Positions 23,639 to 37,907 of a stretch of DNA of 64,000 nt are shown piece by piece. The DNA is from Octopus sinensis. Lineage: Eukaryota. The position numbers were made by a program, and so were the translations under genes. The notes below the pieces were generated by a model. That model was not told where the DNA came from. It made no database searches and worked only from the letters and a program-made list of their open reading frames with translations. The DNA is taken from the NCBI RefSeq assembly GCF_006345805.1, contig NC_042999.1:112840001-112904000 (forward strand), read 5' to 3'. The first letter of the stretch is position 1; each line of letters begins with the position of its first letter.

Positions 23639-25204
23639 AACAACAGTGACTAATGCTTGATATACAAATTAGTTTCACCATTTCAGCTAAGTACAAGATA
23701 TTGACTAATTTAAATACCATTTGCTATAAAGTTGTATTCATAAGCAGACCTGTGAGGAGTGCTTGTTCTCTGAAGTGTGTCTATGAAACATGCTAGAATA
23801 ATCTATATTATTGTTCTGTATCAAGGAACTAGAATAAGAAATAAAATAGAAATATAGGCACTTAAATAAGAAAAGAGTAAAGACCAAAACATACTCCATG
23901 TCCAAGATACTGGTCAGTAACTAATTTCTGGAAAAAAAAAATTTTATAAAGTCTTAAATGAATGATTTAATAAAAGATTTTGACCTTGAATCATGTTATG
24001 ACAAAACAAAATAATAAAATGAATATAAAGATGGAAACGTATTTTAAAATTCTAAAGTGACCATACTACACTGAAATCACTGTAGTTTCACAAAATCATC
24101 TCAGATTAATAGATCAGGAAGCAATTCCAATTAAGGAATTCCTTAAATGTTAATACATATTCGAGAGAAGATTCAAATGTAGATTTGGAAAGGGCCTAAT
24201 GCAAGGGAGGTAATTTCACGTTTACCTAAACTTTCCCCACCCCGTATGTACACACCTATACGTATCGCAATGCGTACAAACATATAACCATACATGCAGA
24301 AAGCCCCATGCCCAATTTTTCACGTACAGTCTCTTCGTTTAAGTCATATTTGCTAAATATTTGAGCCCCAGTGCATACGAGCCAAAGAGGGGACTTCGCT
24401 CTGATTGCTCAACTAGCTAAATAAGCGGCCAAATCTTCTTAAAATCTTATTCTATAGTCTTAAAAAGATAACATTGGGAAATTTCATCTAACACAACTTT
24501 AAAGAGACCATTTGGTATCAGCTAGAATGTCTTCAATTATATATCTGCTCGATTTAGACTGACTTGGAACTGAGCAAATTCTAAATACGTTAAAATAATT
24601 TTAAGGCAGTTTGATTTACCTCCCTTTTGTTTCTGTCACTTTTGAAAATCCCTTTTCATAGAGAATTTGTATGTTTTGAATTTTATGTCCAATTTATTGG
24701 AACGGTATCAATATATACCTTTGAATGTATATTAATAAAACCACTTGATTGGCCATTTGATATTCAAATAAAAATAGCTGAAAGAGAAATGCCGAAAGGG
24801 AGAGAGAAAGAAGGAGAGAGAGGATAAAATGACATGAAAATCTAGATGACCTTAAATTTTAAAATGTTTGTTTTCAGCCGCCTCCTCAGTTCAGGTTGAA
24901 TTGAATGGAAGACACAACTATTTTCTTTACGCACACTTTTCTCTGGAAGTGATTTTCAAGAGGAGATTGGTTGTAGAGGAAAAGATCTGACTAATTTTTC
25001 CAACCTTGTTCACTATCCCACCATTTTTTGTCACAGCAAATAATGATTGTAAGATTAATTTTTGCTGGTAGGACTCATGTAATATCTGTTTTTGATAGGT
25101 AGCATACTTAAGCCACCGTCGAGTTAACACCACCACCTAGACCTTGAGTGTTTTAGTGGAGTCTACTCAGCTGCAAGCATCCAGAGAAGGTTCCTAGTCT
25201 GAAA

Positions 25205-25425
25205 GTGGAAGCATGTGACTTGGTGGTTAGGGTGTTGGACTCATAATTGTAAGATTGTGGTTTCGATTCCTGACACATTATGTTCTTGAGCAAAACACTT
25301 AATTTCACATTACTCCGGTTCACTCAGCTGGCAAAAATGAGTAATCCTGTGGTGGACCAGCATCCCATCAAGGGGGTTAATATATACATCATGGAAACTG
25401 GGAAACTGTCCCTATGAGTCTGTAC
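25205..25425 (+). mobile_element. tRNA-derived SINE, second family (gtgtccttgagcaagacact core)
   Basis: Head ggtggttagggtgttggactc..ggtttcgattcc, then ttcttgagcaaaacacttaatttcacattactccggttcactcagctggcaaaaatgagta. Relatives lie at about 4095-4250 (+), 26355-26625 (-), 31055-31305 (+) and 56885-57105 (-). Confidence 0.7.
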
Positions 25426-27328
25426 AACTCAGAAAGGATCTCTTATCCCTAGTCTGAATAACTCAAATATGTGCAACCAATGTTCCCTGATTTCTTTGCT
25501 CTCCCACCTAATCAGACTTGGAGGCCTTGTTAGATTCACAGATGCTGCTCTTCCTTTCTGAATAAAACAAAAAACAAAACAAAGTAAAACAAAGACATTG
25601 TTCTTACAGGGTACATCTGCCTGAGTACTTTGTCTTTAATAATTTATTCAAATTTTGGCACAAACTTAGCAATTGGGGAGTGGCTAGTCAATTACGTTGG
25701 CCCCAGTACTTGAGTAGTACTTATCTCATAGACCCTGGAAAGATGAATGGCGAAGTTGATCTCGCTGGTATTTGAACTCAGAATATAAAGAGATAGGAGT
25801 GCTTCTAAAATTTTCCCCATGTGCTAATGATTCTGTTAGCTTACTACCCCACTACTACTACTATTACTACTACTACTTTCTACTATGGGGACAAGGCTGG
25901 AAATTTTGTGGGTGTGTGACTAGTTCATCAACCTCAGTTAGCAACTGGTATTTACTTTATCAAGCCTGATGATTCCCAGTTGTTAGTTTTGTAGTTATAC
26001 TTTGTATTTGCAACATTTTTTTTCTTGCAATCTACTATCTGTTCACTATTGGCAGACCACCAAACAACGGAGACTGTCTGGCACCAAGGCTGGCTTTTCT
26101 GAGATAGAAAGTATTTGACAAGTACTTTACAGTTCATTCAATGAAAGCAGACTAATAGTCACTTCCTTTCCATTAACCTTTGCCCCATTTCAAAGCTGAG
26201 TTGAGGGAGCCTCTATGTAATTACTTAAACTGTGAGAAATAGCAATTATATCTCACTCAAATCATAGCTCCACCACTTTAGAAAAACGCAAGCTTTTGTG
26301 TAATGTCTTGGTCTTTGGACATGGCCTGGCTTTTCATCAGTTACAACAAGTGTTCCTGTTGATACAATCAACTGAATAGCCTGCTGATGAAATTAATGTG
26401 AAAGTGGCCGAGTAATCCACAGATACGTGAATCCTTAATGTAGTTCTCAGGGAGATTCAGTATGACACAGACTATGATGAGGCTGGCCCTTGAAATACAG
26501 GTATTGCTAATTTTTGACAGTTGATTGGACATTAAATAAAGTGTCTTCCTCAATGACACAATGCACCACTGGGAATTGAACTCACAACCTTCATGTATTG
26601 AATATTCTAACCACTAAGCCATATGCCTTCACTGTTTTGGACATGGAACTCAGGGTGATATGATTCTGAGTTTCCTGCACATACAAAAAAGAGAAGACGC
26701 TCCCTGCCAGAATGCCTTTGGTCATAAATCTGCTAGATCAGAGTTGACTTGGGGCTAAACAACAACAACATCATCAACATCTATTTCAAAGACAGAACAT
26801 ATTGGTGCAACACTGTAGCCAACTACAGTTCCTTTTTCTGTTACACTTTCTAAAACTGATTATTGTACTTCCAACTTTTCCTTCATATTTGAGAAAATAA
26901 TCAGAAAATTCAAAATTTTAACAGTGCTCAAGTTATCCCTAAGATTACCTTCAAAAAGGAATCACTATCTATATTAGATATCCTACTAATATTTACCTGT
27001 TAAAGTCTGTGCATACTTACTTAAAAATCTTGTCCTGATTTACAAGAATATCAACATCTTGATTCTTTCTTCTTTCATTGACATTTTTCTAATTAAAACT
27101 TAGAAACTGTATCAAACTTTATTCAGTGACACTTAACATGAGCTATGGGAAAATATGCATAGAAGAGCCTTATACAATGAACTCTTCTCTGGTTGTAAGG
27201 GTATCTCAGACTTGGATTTGTAAGAAAAGATAAAAATGTCTTTTTAATGGACTATGATCATTATTTTATATCCTTGGGATGATATTTACAATGTACACTG
27301 TTTTTATACCCATCTGGTTGGCAGACTA

Positions 27329-27616
27329 CAGGAACTGTGTAATGTATTTCACCACATAAACACCATTATGTATAATAATTGCAAAAAGCATTAAAATACT
27401 TATTTTGAGCTTATGTATAAGAATGTGTGTGACTATAGTTTTGATGCTTGTATATAACCTCCAGCCAACTATTCAGCTAGAGGGCATTGAACTAAGAAGT
27501 TAGAATGTTTATTTAGTCCAAGGATAATGTATTTTAAGAAAAAATAAATAAAGGTAAAAAGACATGACTTTTATAAGTATAATCTTTAATTTAATAGCAT
27601 TCAATAGCTTAAATAC
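27329..27616 (+). repeat. 288-bp direct repeat, left copy, flanking the LTR element
   Basis: caggaactgtgt...cttaaatac recurs at 29442-29729; I count 5 substitutions. Confidence 0.95.
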
Positions 27617-29441
27617 TGTAAGAAATATGAACGCACGTGGTCGCATTGTGTAGGGAATACGATCGCACGTGGCCATATTCTTAACGAATGTAGATAAGCC
27701 ATTAGTACAAATTTATACAATGCAGTGCCAACAGAATATAGATGAACTGACGACAAGCCATTCCACTGTTTGAGAGATAGATATTATTTTATTTACAATG
27801 GTGTTAATGTTAGAAGGTTGTGAGTGCTAGCAAGTGCATGTGTGCAACACGTGTTTGTGTCTGTGACAGATACAATAAGGGTGAAAGCGTGTGACATAGT
27901 AGGTACAGAGCATAGAGTTAATAATGGAAATTGATTTACTGTTCATGAGGTACACGAAGTGTAAGCGTTCAATATCAAGATGTTGTGTCTCGGAGCTGAG
28001 ATTAGTTGAATCACTTGTTGTTCTTATCTTTCTCTTGATATAGATATTCTTTCAGATATATATACTGCAACTGTTTTTCCGTGGTGAGATTTTCACACTA
28101 ACAGCATGAGTTGAATCTGTATTTATCTTGTCGTGGCTGATCGTCTGTCGCTGTGACTGGAACATGTTGAGTAGCTCTGTGGTCAGAGGTTTAGTCCTCA
28201 TAAGGACTAGAAACCAAAGACGCAAGTATACTGAAAACACTCCCTTATATACAAGTAAAGTGGCTCAACAGAGCCTAGGAAATGGGACCTTAACCAAAGG
28301 CTGTGATTGGTTGGCTTTGGCCAGTGGCGCGAAATAAGTAGAGAGACAGACCGTGTTTAGATGCCAACCAATCAAAATAGTGGACACAACAACGTTAAAC
28401 TAGCCAAAGATGTTTGTAATCTCAAACGAGATCATTCTTAATATTTCTCTCAAACGGTGAAGATAGCAATGAAGAAAACAATATTGCTACAGATAGCCTC
28501 TTGCCAGACGTTTTGTCATAGACAAAACGATGATAAAATTGAAGCAAAGATGATATTCGAACGCTTGGTCAATCTAACTGGCACTAAGTCACCTATGTGG
28601 AATGTTCGAATGAACATAAAATGGCTGCGTGTTTGAAAACGGCGGGTCACCAGTGTAGGGAATAATAATGGCTGAGTGTGTGCATGCAACACATGTTTGT
28701 GTCTGTGTGTTCGTGTGTGTGACAGATACAATAAGAGTGAAAGCATGTGACATAGTAGGTACAGAGCATAGAGTTAATGATGGAAATTGATTTACTGTTC
28801 ATGAGGTACACGAAGTGTAAGCGTTCAATATCAAGATGTTGTGTCTTGGAGCTGAGATTAGTTGAATCACTTGTTGTGCTTATTTTTCTCTTGATATAGA
28901 TATTCTTTCAGATATATATACTGCAACTGTTTTTCCGTGGTGAGATTTTCACACTAACAGCGTGAGTTGAATCTGTATTTATCTTGTCGTGTACAAGTTG
29001 AATCTTCGTAGATGGAGACGATGTTGGTACAATGATGGTGACGACGGTGGCAGAGATAGAAATTGGTTTTCTGTTGCGGGTGTACACTAGCGTCGTCGTG
29101 GCTGATCGTCTGTCGCTGAGACTGGAACATGTTGAGTAGCTCTGTGGTCAGAGGTTTAGTCCTCATAAAACCAAAGACGCAAGTATACTGAAAACACTCC
29201 CTTATATACAAGTAAGGTGGCTCAACAGAGCCTAGGAAATGGGACCTTAACCAAAGGCCATGATTGGTTGGCTTTGGCCAGTGGCGCGAAATAAGTAGAG
29301 AGACAGACCACGCTTAGATGCCAACCAATCAAAATAGTGGACACAACAACGTTAAACTAGCCAAAGATGTTTGTAATCTCAAACGAGATCATTCTTAATA
29401 TTTCTCTCAAACGGTGAAGATAGCAATGAAGAAAACAATAT
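27617..29441 (-). mobile_element. Non-coding two-LTR element (TRIM-like or internally deleted LTR retrotransposon) with tRNA-Trp-like PBS
   Basis: LTR-A spans 27617-28491 (TGTA...CTACA). LTR-B spans 28654-29441 (starts TGTAG, lacks the final 7 bp). They share about 640 bp and enclose only 162 bp. On the minus strand TGGTGACCC (28652-28644) lies 1 nt inside LTR-B. TATA-like tgtatataag and CCAAT motifs are on the minus strand in both LTRs. Confidence 0.75.
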
Positions 29442-29729
29442 CAGGAACTGTGTAATGTATTTCACCATATAAACATCATTATGTATAATAATTGCAAAAA
29501 GCATTAAAATACTTATTTTGAGCTTATGTATAAGAATGTGTGTGACTATAGTTTTGATGCTTGTATGTAACCTCCAGCCAACTATTCAGCTAGAGGGCAT
29601 TGAACTAAGAAGTTAGAATGTTTATTTAGGCCAAGGATAATGTATTTTAAGAAAAAATAAATAAAGGTAGAAAGACATGACTTTTATAAGTATAATCTTT
29701 AATTTAATAGCATTCAATAGCTTAAATAC
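29442..29729 (+). repeat. 288-bp direct repeat, right copy
   Basis: Same as 27329-27616. Confidence 0.95.
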
Positions 29730-32700
29730 CAAGCCCATCGGTAAAAATATAAAATGCATGTTTACAAACCACACCTTGGTATATCAAAAACAAAGGAAAC
29801 AGTTAAGCTACTCTTTCATAAAAATGTGGCTCTTGTGCACATCTTCTAAGTGTTTATGGCCAACTGAAATATTTATGCCAATTAATCTTTGCTTTAATCA
29901 TATAATATATCTTTTATTAGTTGATACAAGGTCATGATTATAAAAAAGAAAGAAGCAAAATTGAAAATTGGACAAAAATATCTATATTATTAGAAATAAT
30001 TAATTTCTTCTGTCTGCTGCCTTTCTTCAAAATAAACAAATCAAAAAATTTATTTTTGCTGTTAAGGAAAAGAGAGTCAAATTATGCTAAGAATGTACAA
30101 TTATAGCAAGGTGGAAGAATTTGTTAATTTGGGTGGTATTTGATCAAGTAGGAAAAATGACCAAGAAGCTAGCACAGTGAATACTGAAAACTTTTTCTAG
30201 GGGTCTCCCATGCAAGAAGAACCTATAGTTAAATATGTGCTAATATACAGACTGTATTGAGCCAAAAATAAATTTTAATCAGCTGAAATCAACTTTTCTA
30301 CTCATTGCTGGCATAATTTCAAATGATTAAAAATATTTTTGGTTTACTATGTTCAGCACTTAACTGTATATGTTTCATGTAGAAGTTGCCTCTAAGAAAT
30401 TTCTCAAAATCATTATTTAAGATTAGTCAATAAGTGAATACTTTTTACACTCTAAATATTTGAAGACCTGGTGTGTGAGAATAGGGTTTGCTGAGGAGTC
30501 TTAATATAGCTACATGTCTGAAACTGTCATTGTAAATACCACACACCAGTCACCTTCCCCACAATATACCTCCATTCAATTTTTACCCAAAGTAAATTTT
30601 AGGATTCACTTCCATACCCCCTTGACGAAAAGTATCATTTAATGGTAATGACTTTTCTTTGCATTACAGGTGTAATTTAAGTTGATTAAACATTTTTAGG
30701 CTTATTTGATTTGGTTTCTTAGCCTGCTTTTAACTATATGTAGTTAATAGTTGTACTGTTTTGAGAACAAATGCATATCAATTTGTTCATATGATTATTT
30801 GTTTTCGCAAGAGCAATCTTGAATCTTAAATTCATTTCCTGTTTAGGAAAGGTCTCTTGCAGTAGAATATTTTCTAGCACATTTCAACAATGAATTCATA
30901 GAGATCACAGAAAGTATCAATAGTCATCTGTTGTTTTGTGATTCTAATTATGGGATGTGTCAAAGCCAATGGAAAAATCATCAAAGGACAGTGATATTGA
31001 TTGCTGAAATATACTCTTCATATGCCACATGTAATGAAAACATCAATAAAAATATTAAATTCCCGGTGACATGTGTCTTTGAGCAAGACACTTTATTTCA
31101 TGTTGCTCCAGTCCACTCAGCTGGCAAAAATTAGTAGTACCTGTATTTCAAAAGGCCAGCCTTGTCACACTGTGTCATGCCGAATCTCCCTGAGAACTAC
31201 ATTAAGGATTCACGTATCTGTGGAGTGCTCAGCCACTTGCATGTTAATTTTACAAGCAAGCTGTTCCGTTGATCATATCAGCTGGGACCCTCATCGTCGT
31301 TACTACATAGGTATAAACACTGACCTTATTGCTGAAAAAAGACAGAATTTTGAAAACTACATGAAACCTTCAACATTGAAAAGAATTTTTTTTTTACTTG
31401 TTTCTATCCATTTCAAAGATTGTCAGTTATGAGTCTCTGACTTTAATAAAAGAATGAATTTTATTCAAAAAATTTGCACATTATTGAAGACATTGGTTTG
31501 AGATAAGAAAACAAGTTACTTTTGATTGCTAAACAGGCCTTGACTTTGATATTTCCAAAACTGGTACTTTTGAAAATTATGGACCCATTATAATAATAAT
31601 AATAATAATAAAAGTACAGAAGTACAAAGGGTAAGGTCACTTTCTTTATACTGACTGTTGTGACTCTAGTCTTAATCTATCTTTGTATTTATACAAATGA
31701 AATATTTGCTTTGTTAGAACAAGTGGAAAAAAATGTTCTAGAATTTTCTAAGCTGAAATCAAATAATGAAAGAAAAAGCAAAACGTTCCCATTTTATAAA
31801 ATACTCATGATAAATAGTAATGAAATGAATCTCCAGATTAGTGAAATATTAACAAATAACAAATATATAAATAACCTGATTATGCCATTGACTCCTTGTA
31901 AAACATACTTCTAATAACAATAGTAGAATGTTTGAGAAAATCAGTCAAATAGTATACAATTCTCTCATTTCACATGTTAGATTTAACAATGCTGAATGCT
32001 TATGACTTTCATATTTATTGAAGGCAGGGGCAGGAGGTAGTTTTTTTAAAATCAAAATTTCAAAATAAAAAACAATTTAATAGAGGTCATGCAATAACTT
32101 GTTGAAGAATATGGTACCTTCGATTGTTAGGTATAGTAGAACGTCTAACTACAATATTGAGAGGTTTAGTGCTGTAAATTTTATACAAAAGCTATTATTC
32201 TGATCATATGCTGTCAACAGGAATTGAAAACAGGGACATCACAGATATTTTGTATATACAAACAATAGTATAGATATCAAGAGAAGTTCATATGTAACAA
32301 ATTGATGTACAGAATGTAAGTTTTGTCTATATTTGGGAGATTGTTTTAGAGTTTATGATACTTGAATAACATTTTAGTGAATCAGACTTTATGTAAGTAT
32401 TGGTCTTATTTGAACGCTTCATTAGAAACTACGATACAAAACTCAATATTAGGTGTGGGTGTGTGGTAAGAAGCTTGCTTTCCAACCACACGGTTCTGGA
32501 TTAATCCCACCATGTGGCACAGTCGGCAAGTGTTTTTTACTATAGCCTCAGGCTGCCCAAAGCCTTGGTAGATGGAAACTTAAAGAAGTCCATTGTATAT
32601 CATCATCATCATCATTGTTTAACGTCTGCCTTCCATCTAGCATGAATACTTACCTACCTATATTTATTTTATCCTTCTTATTCAATTTTTGTTTGTGATA

Positions 32701-34974
32701 TGAACATGTCAAATGAAAATACAAACATAATTAAAAAAGAGTTCATTATCACTATTTTGTGTTCACTAAATTACAGAATATATTGAAGATGTAACTGAAA
32801 CGACAATTGTTAGAGAATGGGATTTGAGTGAAATAACTCTTGTTTTAATGTTTTAAGAAATCAGTTGTTTATACTAGAATTAAGTTAACTACTTGACAGC
32901 TATGAGTCTTAAAGGATGAAAAGCAAGGTAGGAAACCAACTTTTTAAATTACAACTCCAGTGAGTCTATTCTGAGTAGTTTTGAGTTAAAGGGAAGTAAT
33001 TTCTTGTTGTTTTATTTTTAACTAAATTTCTTTTGACAAGTCCCAAAGCCAAAGTAATAAGCAAAAGATTTACTAATATTAAAATTTTATGATCAATATT
33101 TAAACAATAACAGTTCCATAATGAAGAGCTGGGAACAACAATAATTATAAATAGGCAAAATCAAGAATAACAAAATCACAGAGCATCCAGGACCACACTA
33201 TTCGATGTGTTATTTTTCACTAAGATATTAATGTGTGATTTGAACACAAATTGTCTACTGTTTTTCTCATGTTAAGTGGCCTTTGTTGGTTTGAGAGTGG
33301 AACAAATTAGATGATGGGAACTAGAATTAAGACTGGACCAAAAACCAAGGCTACAAGCATAGAGTTGAGTATGTGGTGGAGAACTGACCAGCAGAGTGTT
33401 TTTAATATTTTCCACTAGATTTTGTCTTATTTATGATTGATAGTGTTTATTGGAGCACAAAAGCTCAAAAACATGGCTAATCAATTAGAATCAACTTTTG
33501 AATCTACTCCTGCTGGACCCCAAGTGGATATCAGAGGCTATGGATGGGCATCTTAAAATTCAGAGCTTGCTGAATTGTTGCATCAGTAATAATTTAATAG
33601 AGAACAGGATTTGAGGTAATATGCCAATGAATAAGGCAGTCAACTTCCCAAGGCATTATACATAATTTTAAGCATCTATAGGACATGGTATTGGGAGTGA
33701 CTCTGCTCTCCACTGTCAGGACTATCAAGGAACACATCTCAGTGGGCAACAGTACAACAAGACGTATTGTCTTCCTAAAACTGGACGCCTAGCTCAAGTA
33801 GTTGCAACAAAGTGAACTCTCATGAATGTACACACATCCAGGAGAGGGTGTAAACCGGGCAATAGGTAGCTGCTACAACACTTTACATATTCTGGTGGCA
33901 ATAAAGCTCTGTGTTCTGCCTGACTGTATTCTGGATGCACTGTTTCTAATAATAAATAACTAAAATAATCTCATGCACATGGTTCTGGTTTCAATCCCAC
34001 TGTTTCGCACATTCGGCAAGTGTCTTCTATCTTTGCGAGTAGATTTAGTAGATGGAAACTGAATGAAACCCAGTGTGTGTGTGTATCTTTTTCTTTCTCT
34101 GTATGTCTGTTGTCCATAAGTCAGAACCCCCCCCCACTAATTTTGAGAAGTTATTCGTTGCGGTTATGTTAAACTGTCGTATGTCCAAATGCGTTTTTTT
34201 TCCATATTTATTTTTGTTTGCAAAAGTCGGTTCTTTTGGTCAAACTATCGTATCTTCAGTTGCTTAAGATGCCAAGATATCAAAAATTGTTAAGGTGTAG
34301 TAGAACGGTTTTGCTTATGGAATGGGAAAACTTACAACACTTTTGCACAATAGCAACGATTTATATAATAAAATGGTACAATATAGTACATTCTTGGTTA
34401 TGGCAGAAACATTGGTTTTGTGTCTACTATTGCACTTGGTTATATTGATGACTCGTCAAACCTGTTGGCTGGAAGAACATAGTCTACTGATGGATGTAAA
34501 TATACAATCTTTGTCAGTTCAGTTGTGAAAAAACAGAAACGATAAAAATCCCTACTGAGAGAGAAAGAAGAGTTGCTTCCCCTTGCATGATTCCGACTGT
34601 AGCTAAATTAGATTAGTTGTGCCTGCTTTACATTATTTCTGTTTTCTTTGTATATGTGCTTTTGCATGTAGGCTAATCAATTAATCAATCAAGTTTTAAG
34701 GAGTTGGATAAAAAAAAAAAATTAATATCCTGGGACTCAAAGAAAAAGTTTTTCAAATGGCACTCTGCATATTCAGATTTTTTTAATCTATTATCCAAGG
34801 TTAACTGGACTGACTTGTCCAGAAGAGAAACATGGAGAAGTATATGTGTGTGTGCATGCGTGCGTGTGTGTGTGTGTGTGAAAGTGTGTGTGAGTTTGTG
34901 TGTGAAAGTATGTGTGTGTGGTTAATTTTTGGAGACTTCATTAGTGGGAGTAAAAAAGAAAAAAGAATGATCTG

Positions 34975-35070
34975 ATGGAAGAAAGAAGGACAGGAAGAAA
35001 GAAAGAGAAAAGAGAGAAAGAAAGAGAAAGAGAAAAGAAAGAGAGAAAGAAAGAAAAAAGAAAGAGAAAG
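34975..35070 (+). repeat. Purine-rich (GAAA/GA)n simple repeat
   Basis: Direct inspection. Confidence 0.9.
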
Positions 35071-36971
35071 ACCAAACTATACAATCTGTGTGTGTCTTTG
35101 TCTTTGTTCTGCTCCCACCATTTGACAACTGGTATTGGTTTGTTTATGTCTATGTAACTTAGCAGTTTAGTAAAAAGACTGATAGAATAAGTACTCCAAC
35201 TGGGGTTGATGTATTTGAGTAAGCCCTTTATAGCATTGCCCCAGCATGACCACAGTCTAATGGCTGAAACAAATAAAAAGTTAAAGCTAAAAGATATTAA
35301 TCTAACCTAGAGGTAAACACTCAGTGGCATTGGTATTTTATCTTGTATTAAAAATTATTTGCATGTGAGATAAGATACCAATAGGTGTATTTCTGAACAG
35401 ATACCTGACATCTAAATATGGTAATATTTTATGGAGTTATCATTCTAATCAAAGACTGAGTAAAAAACAAAAACAGAAACAAAAACAAAAGGAACAAACA
35501 AAACAAAACTCTGACTTACTCTATTGTAAAAGTTGAGTTAAAAAATTCTCAGACATGTATGCATTTACACAAATTAAAATCTACAATAATTTTCATCTTG
35601 ACATTGTTATACTTAGGGATGGTCAAATTTTGCCAATTAAACTTGCACACTATATATTTGGTCTTCATTTCAGATTTTATTATTATTATTTTAGTTTAAT
35701 TTGTCAAAGCTCTTTCATCACACATCCTGTGACCTCTTCAATGACTCTTTATCCTATGTCTCCTCTTGTTCTGCATGTTTAATTGGCAAAATATGACCAT
35801 CTCATGTATAACAATATCTGTTTCAGTACACAATTTCACATCAAGAATCTTGCAAAACAAATCCATAAACATTTCAGCTAGACTTTCTGCTTAAATTTGT
35901 TGGCTCTCAGGTTATCTATGAATACTCACAATCTCTTTTAAAATTTATGCTTTATAAATTATAATTAAAAAGAAATCCCTAAGATTTTTTACTAACTTTA
36001 TAAATAATTCTTTCTACTATTGGTAAAGATCTGAAATTTGGGGAGGGGAAAATCAATTACACCAACTACAGTGCTCAACTCATATTTGTTTTATCAATCT
36101 TGAAAGTATGAAAGTTAAAGCTGGCCTTGGTGGAATTTGAACTTAAAATGTAAAGAACAGGAATAAAAGCCACTAAGTATTTTGTTTAGCACAGTAATGA
36201 TTCTCTCAACGTACTACCTTAATAACCTTATTAATACTGATATCAAATTTTAGCATAGGGCCAGTAGTTTTTGAGGGGAGGAAGTAGTCAATAACATTGA
36301 CCCCAGTGTTCAACAGGTACTTATTTTTATTGACCTTGAAGGGATGAAAAACAAAGTTGACCTTGGTGGAATTTGAACTCAGAATGTAAAGATACATGAA
36401 ATGCTACTAAGCATTTTGTCCAGCATGCTAATGATTCTGCCAACTTCCTGCTTTAAAAACCTTATAAATAATAAAACTATCAATACAGAATTGCAAATCC
36501 TAACCTAGGGAAAATTTTTCACCTGGATAAAATTCTAAGATTTCAAGAGGCAAAGCATTCTTCAGTTGAAAAATTCTTCATTATAATTTACATTCTTTTA
36601 TTTGATTTACCAAAACAGAAGCTGAAAGAGATGCCACTAAGCATTTTTGTCTGGTGTGCAAGTGATTCTAACAGTTTGCTGCCTTTAACATTAAATTAAT
36701 GATTGAAAGCTGTTAATGTTATATAAGCATTGTATGCAAAACATTTTACTTATCATATATGTGTGTGTGTGTGTGAACTGAAAAAAGTGAATAAACAAAA
36801 CTTATCAATTACTACTCCTCCATTGAATCATGCTGTCCTATTATCTCTGCACTTGTTAACTACTTAGAAATATTAGCAAAATAGATTATATAAGTCTAAC
36901 CTAAGTGAATCACTTCCTTTTTAAATCACTATTTTTCTTACTGCTTTATATATATATATATATATATAAGT

Positions 36972-37907
36972 TGGCTAAAAGTTAAGTGAATCGTCCAACC
37001 TCGCTACGACTACCTTCTTTCTTGCACTTATCCTTATTCTTTCTCTATTCTTCAATTTCCATCTCATTGTATTGTCACTCATTCTTTCAGTATTCCCTCA
37101 TTACCCTGTCTAGCTCAAACATTTTTTTTTTTTTTTTTTTTTTTCGTTTAGACTTGTCTCCAGGTTCATAGCCACTCTGATTTTTCAATTTTTCAATTTT
37201 TCGTTTAGTATTGTCTCCCGATTCATACAAACCCATTTGCTAGCTCACGATTAACAGAACCTCTTTACTCAGCTACGGTGTTATATTAGCTATCAATAAT
37301 GATATTCCCTCTGATTTTTCTGATTTTCAAACCTATTTATCTAATGTTTATTTATCGACAATGCCGTCCCCAGTCAAATTCCCTCACACCGCTTATTGTC
37401 ACGTGTCCCTTGACCTCTCTTTCTAACTAACCGTATCTCTCTCTCGCTATGTCCCCCCTTCCCATAACCATCATCGCCATGGTCCTCTATGCCCCCCCCT
37501 CCCCAAAACCATCATCGCCATACATAAAAGAGCCATCGCATTTATCGTTAACCCCACTCGCTTCAAAATATCTAAAGAATACGCACAGATCATGAATGGC
37601 TAAAAGTTAAGTGAATCGTCCAACCTCGCTACGACTACCTTCTTTCTTGCACTTATCCTTATTCTTTCTCTATTCTTCAATTTCCATCTCATTGTATTGT
37701 CACTCATTCTTTCAGTATTCCCTCATTACCCTGTCTAGCTCAAACATTTTTTTTTTTTTTTTTTTTTTTTTCGTTTAGACTTGTCTCCAGGTTCATAGCC
37801 ACTCTGATTTTTCAATTTTTCAATTTTTCGTTTAGTATTGTCTCCCGATTCATACAAACCCATTTGCTAGCTCACGATTAACAGAACCTCTTTACTCAGC
37901 TACGGTG
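36972..37907 (+). repeat. About 310-bp direct repeat x2 (36972-37280, 37597-37907) around a 316-bp spacer
   Basis: tggctaaaagttaagtgaatc...ctcagctacggtg. The copies look identical except for poly-T length. Confidence 0.95.

Noticed and set aside
24870-24895. CTGAGGA-ggcggct-GAAA on the minus strand; also a + strand splice acceptor-like site
   Set aside because: Stem II would need a 1-nt loop and there is no stem I or III. All + frames after the acceptor close quickly.
34200-34560. Coding-like segment (GSFGQTIVSSVA..., YILGYGRNIGFV...)
   Set aside because: Multiple stops in every frame, no recognisable family and no clear splice sites. A translated search would be needed to exclude a decayed pseudogene.
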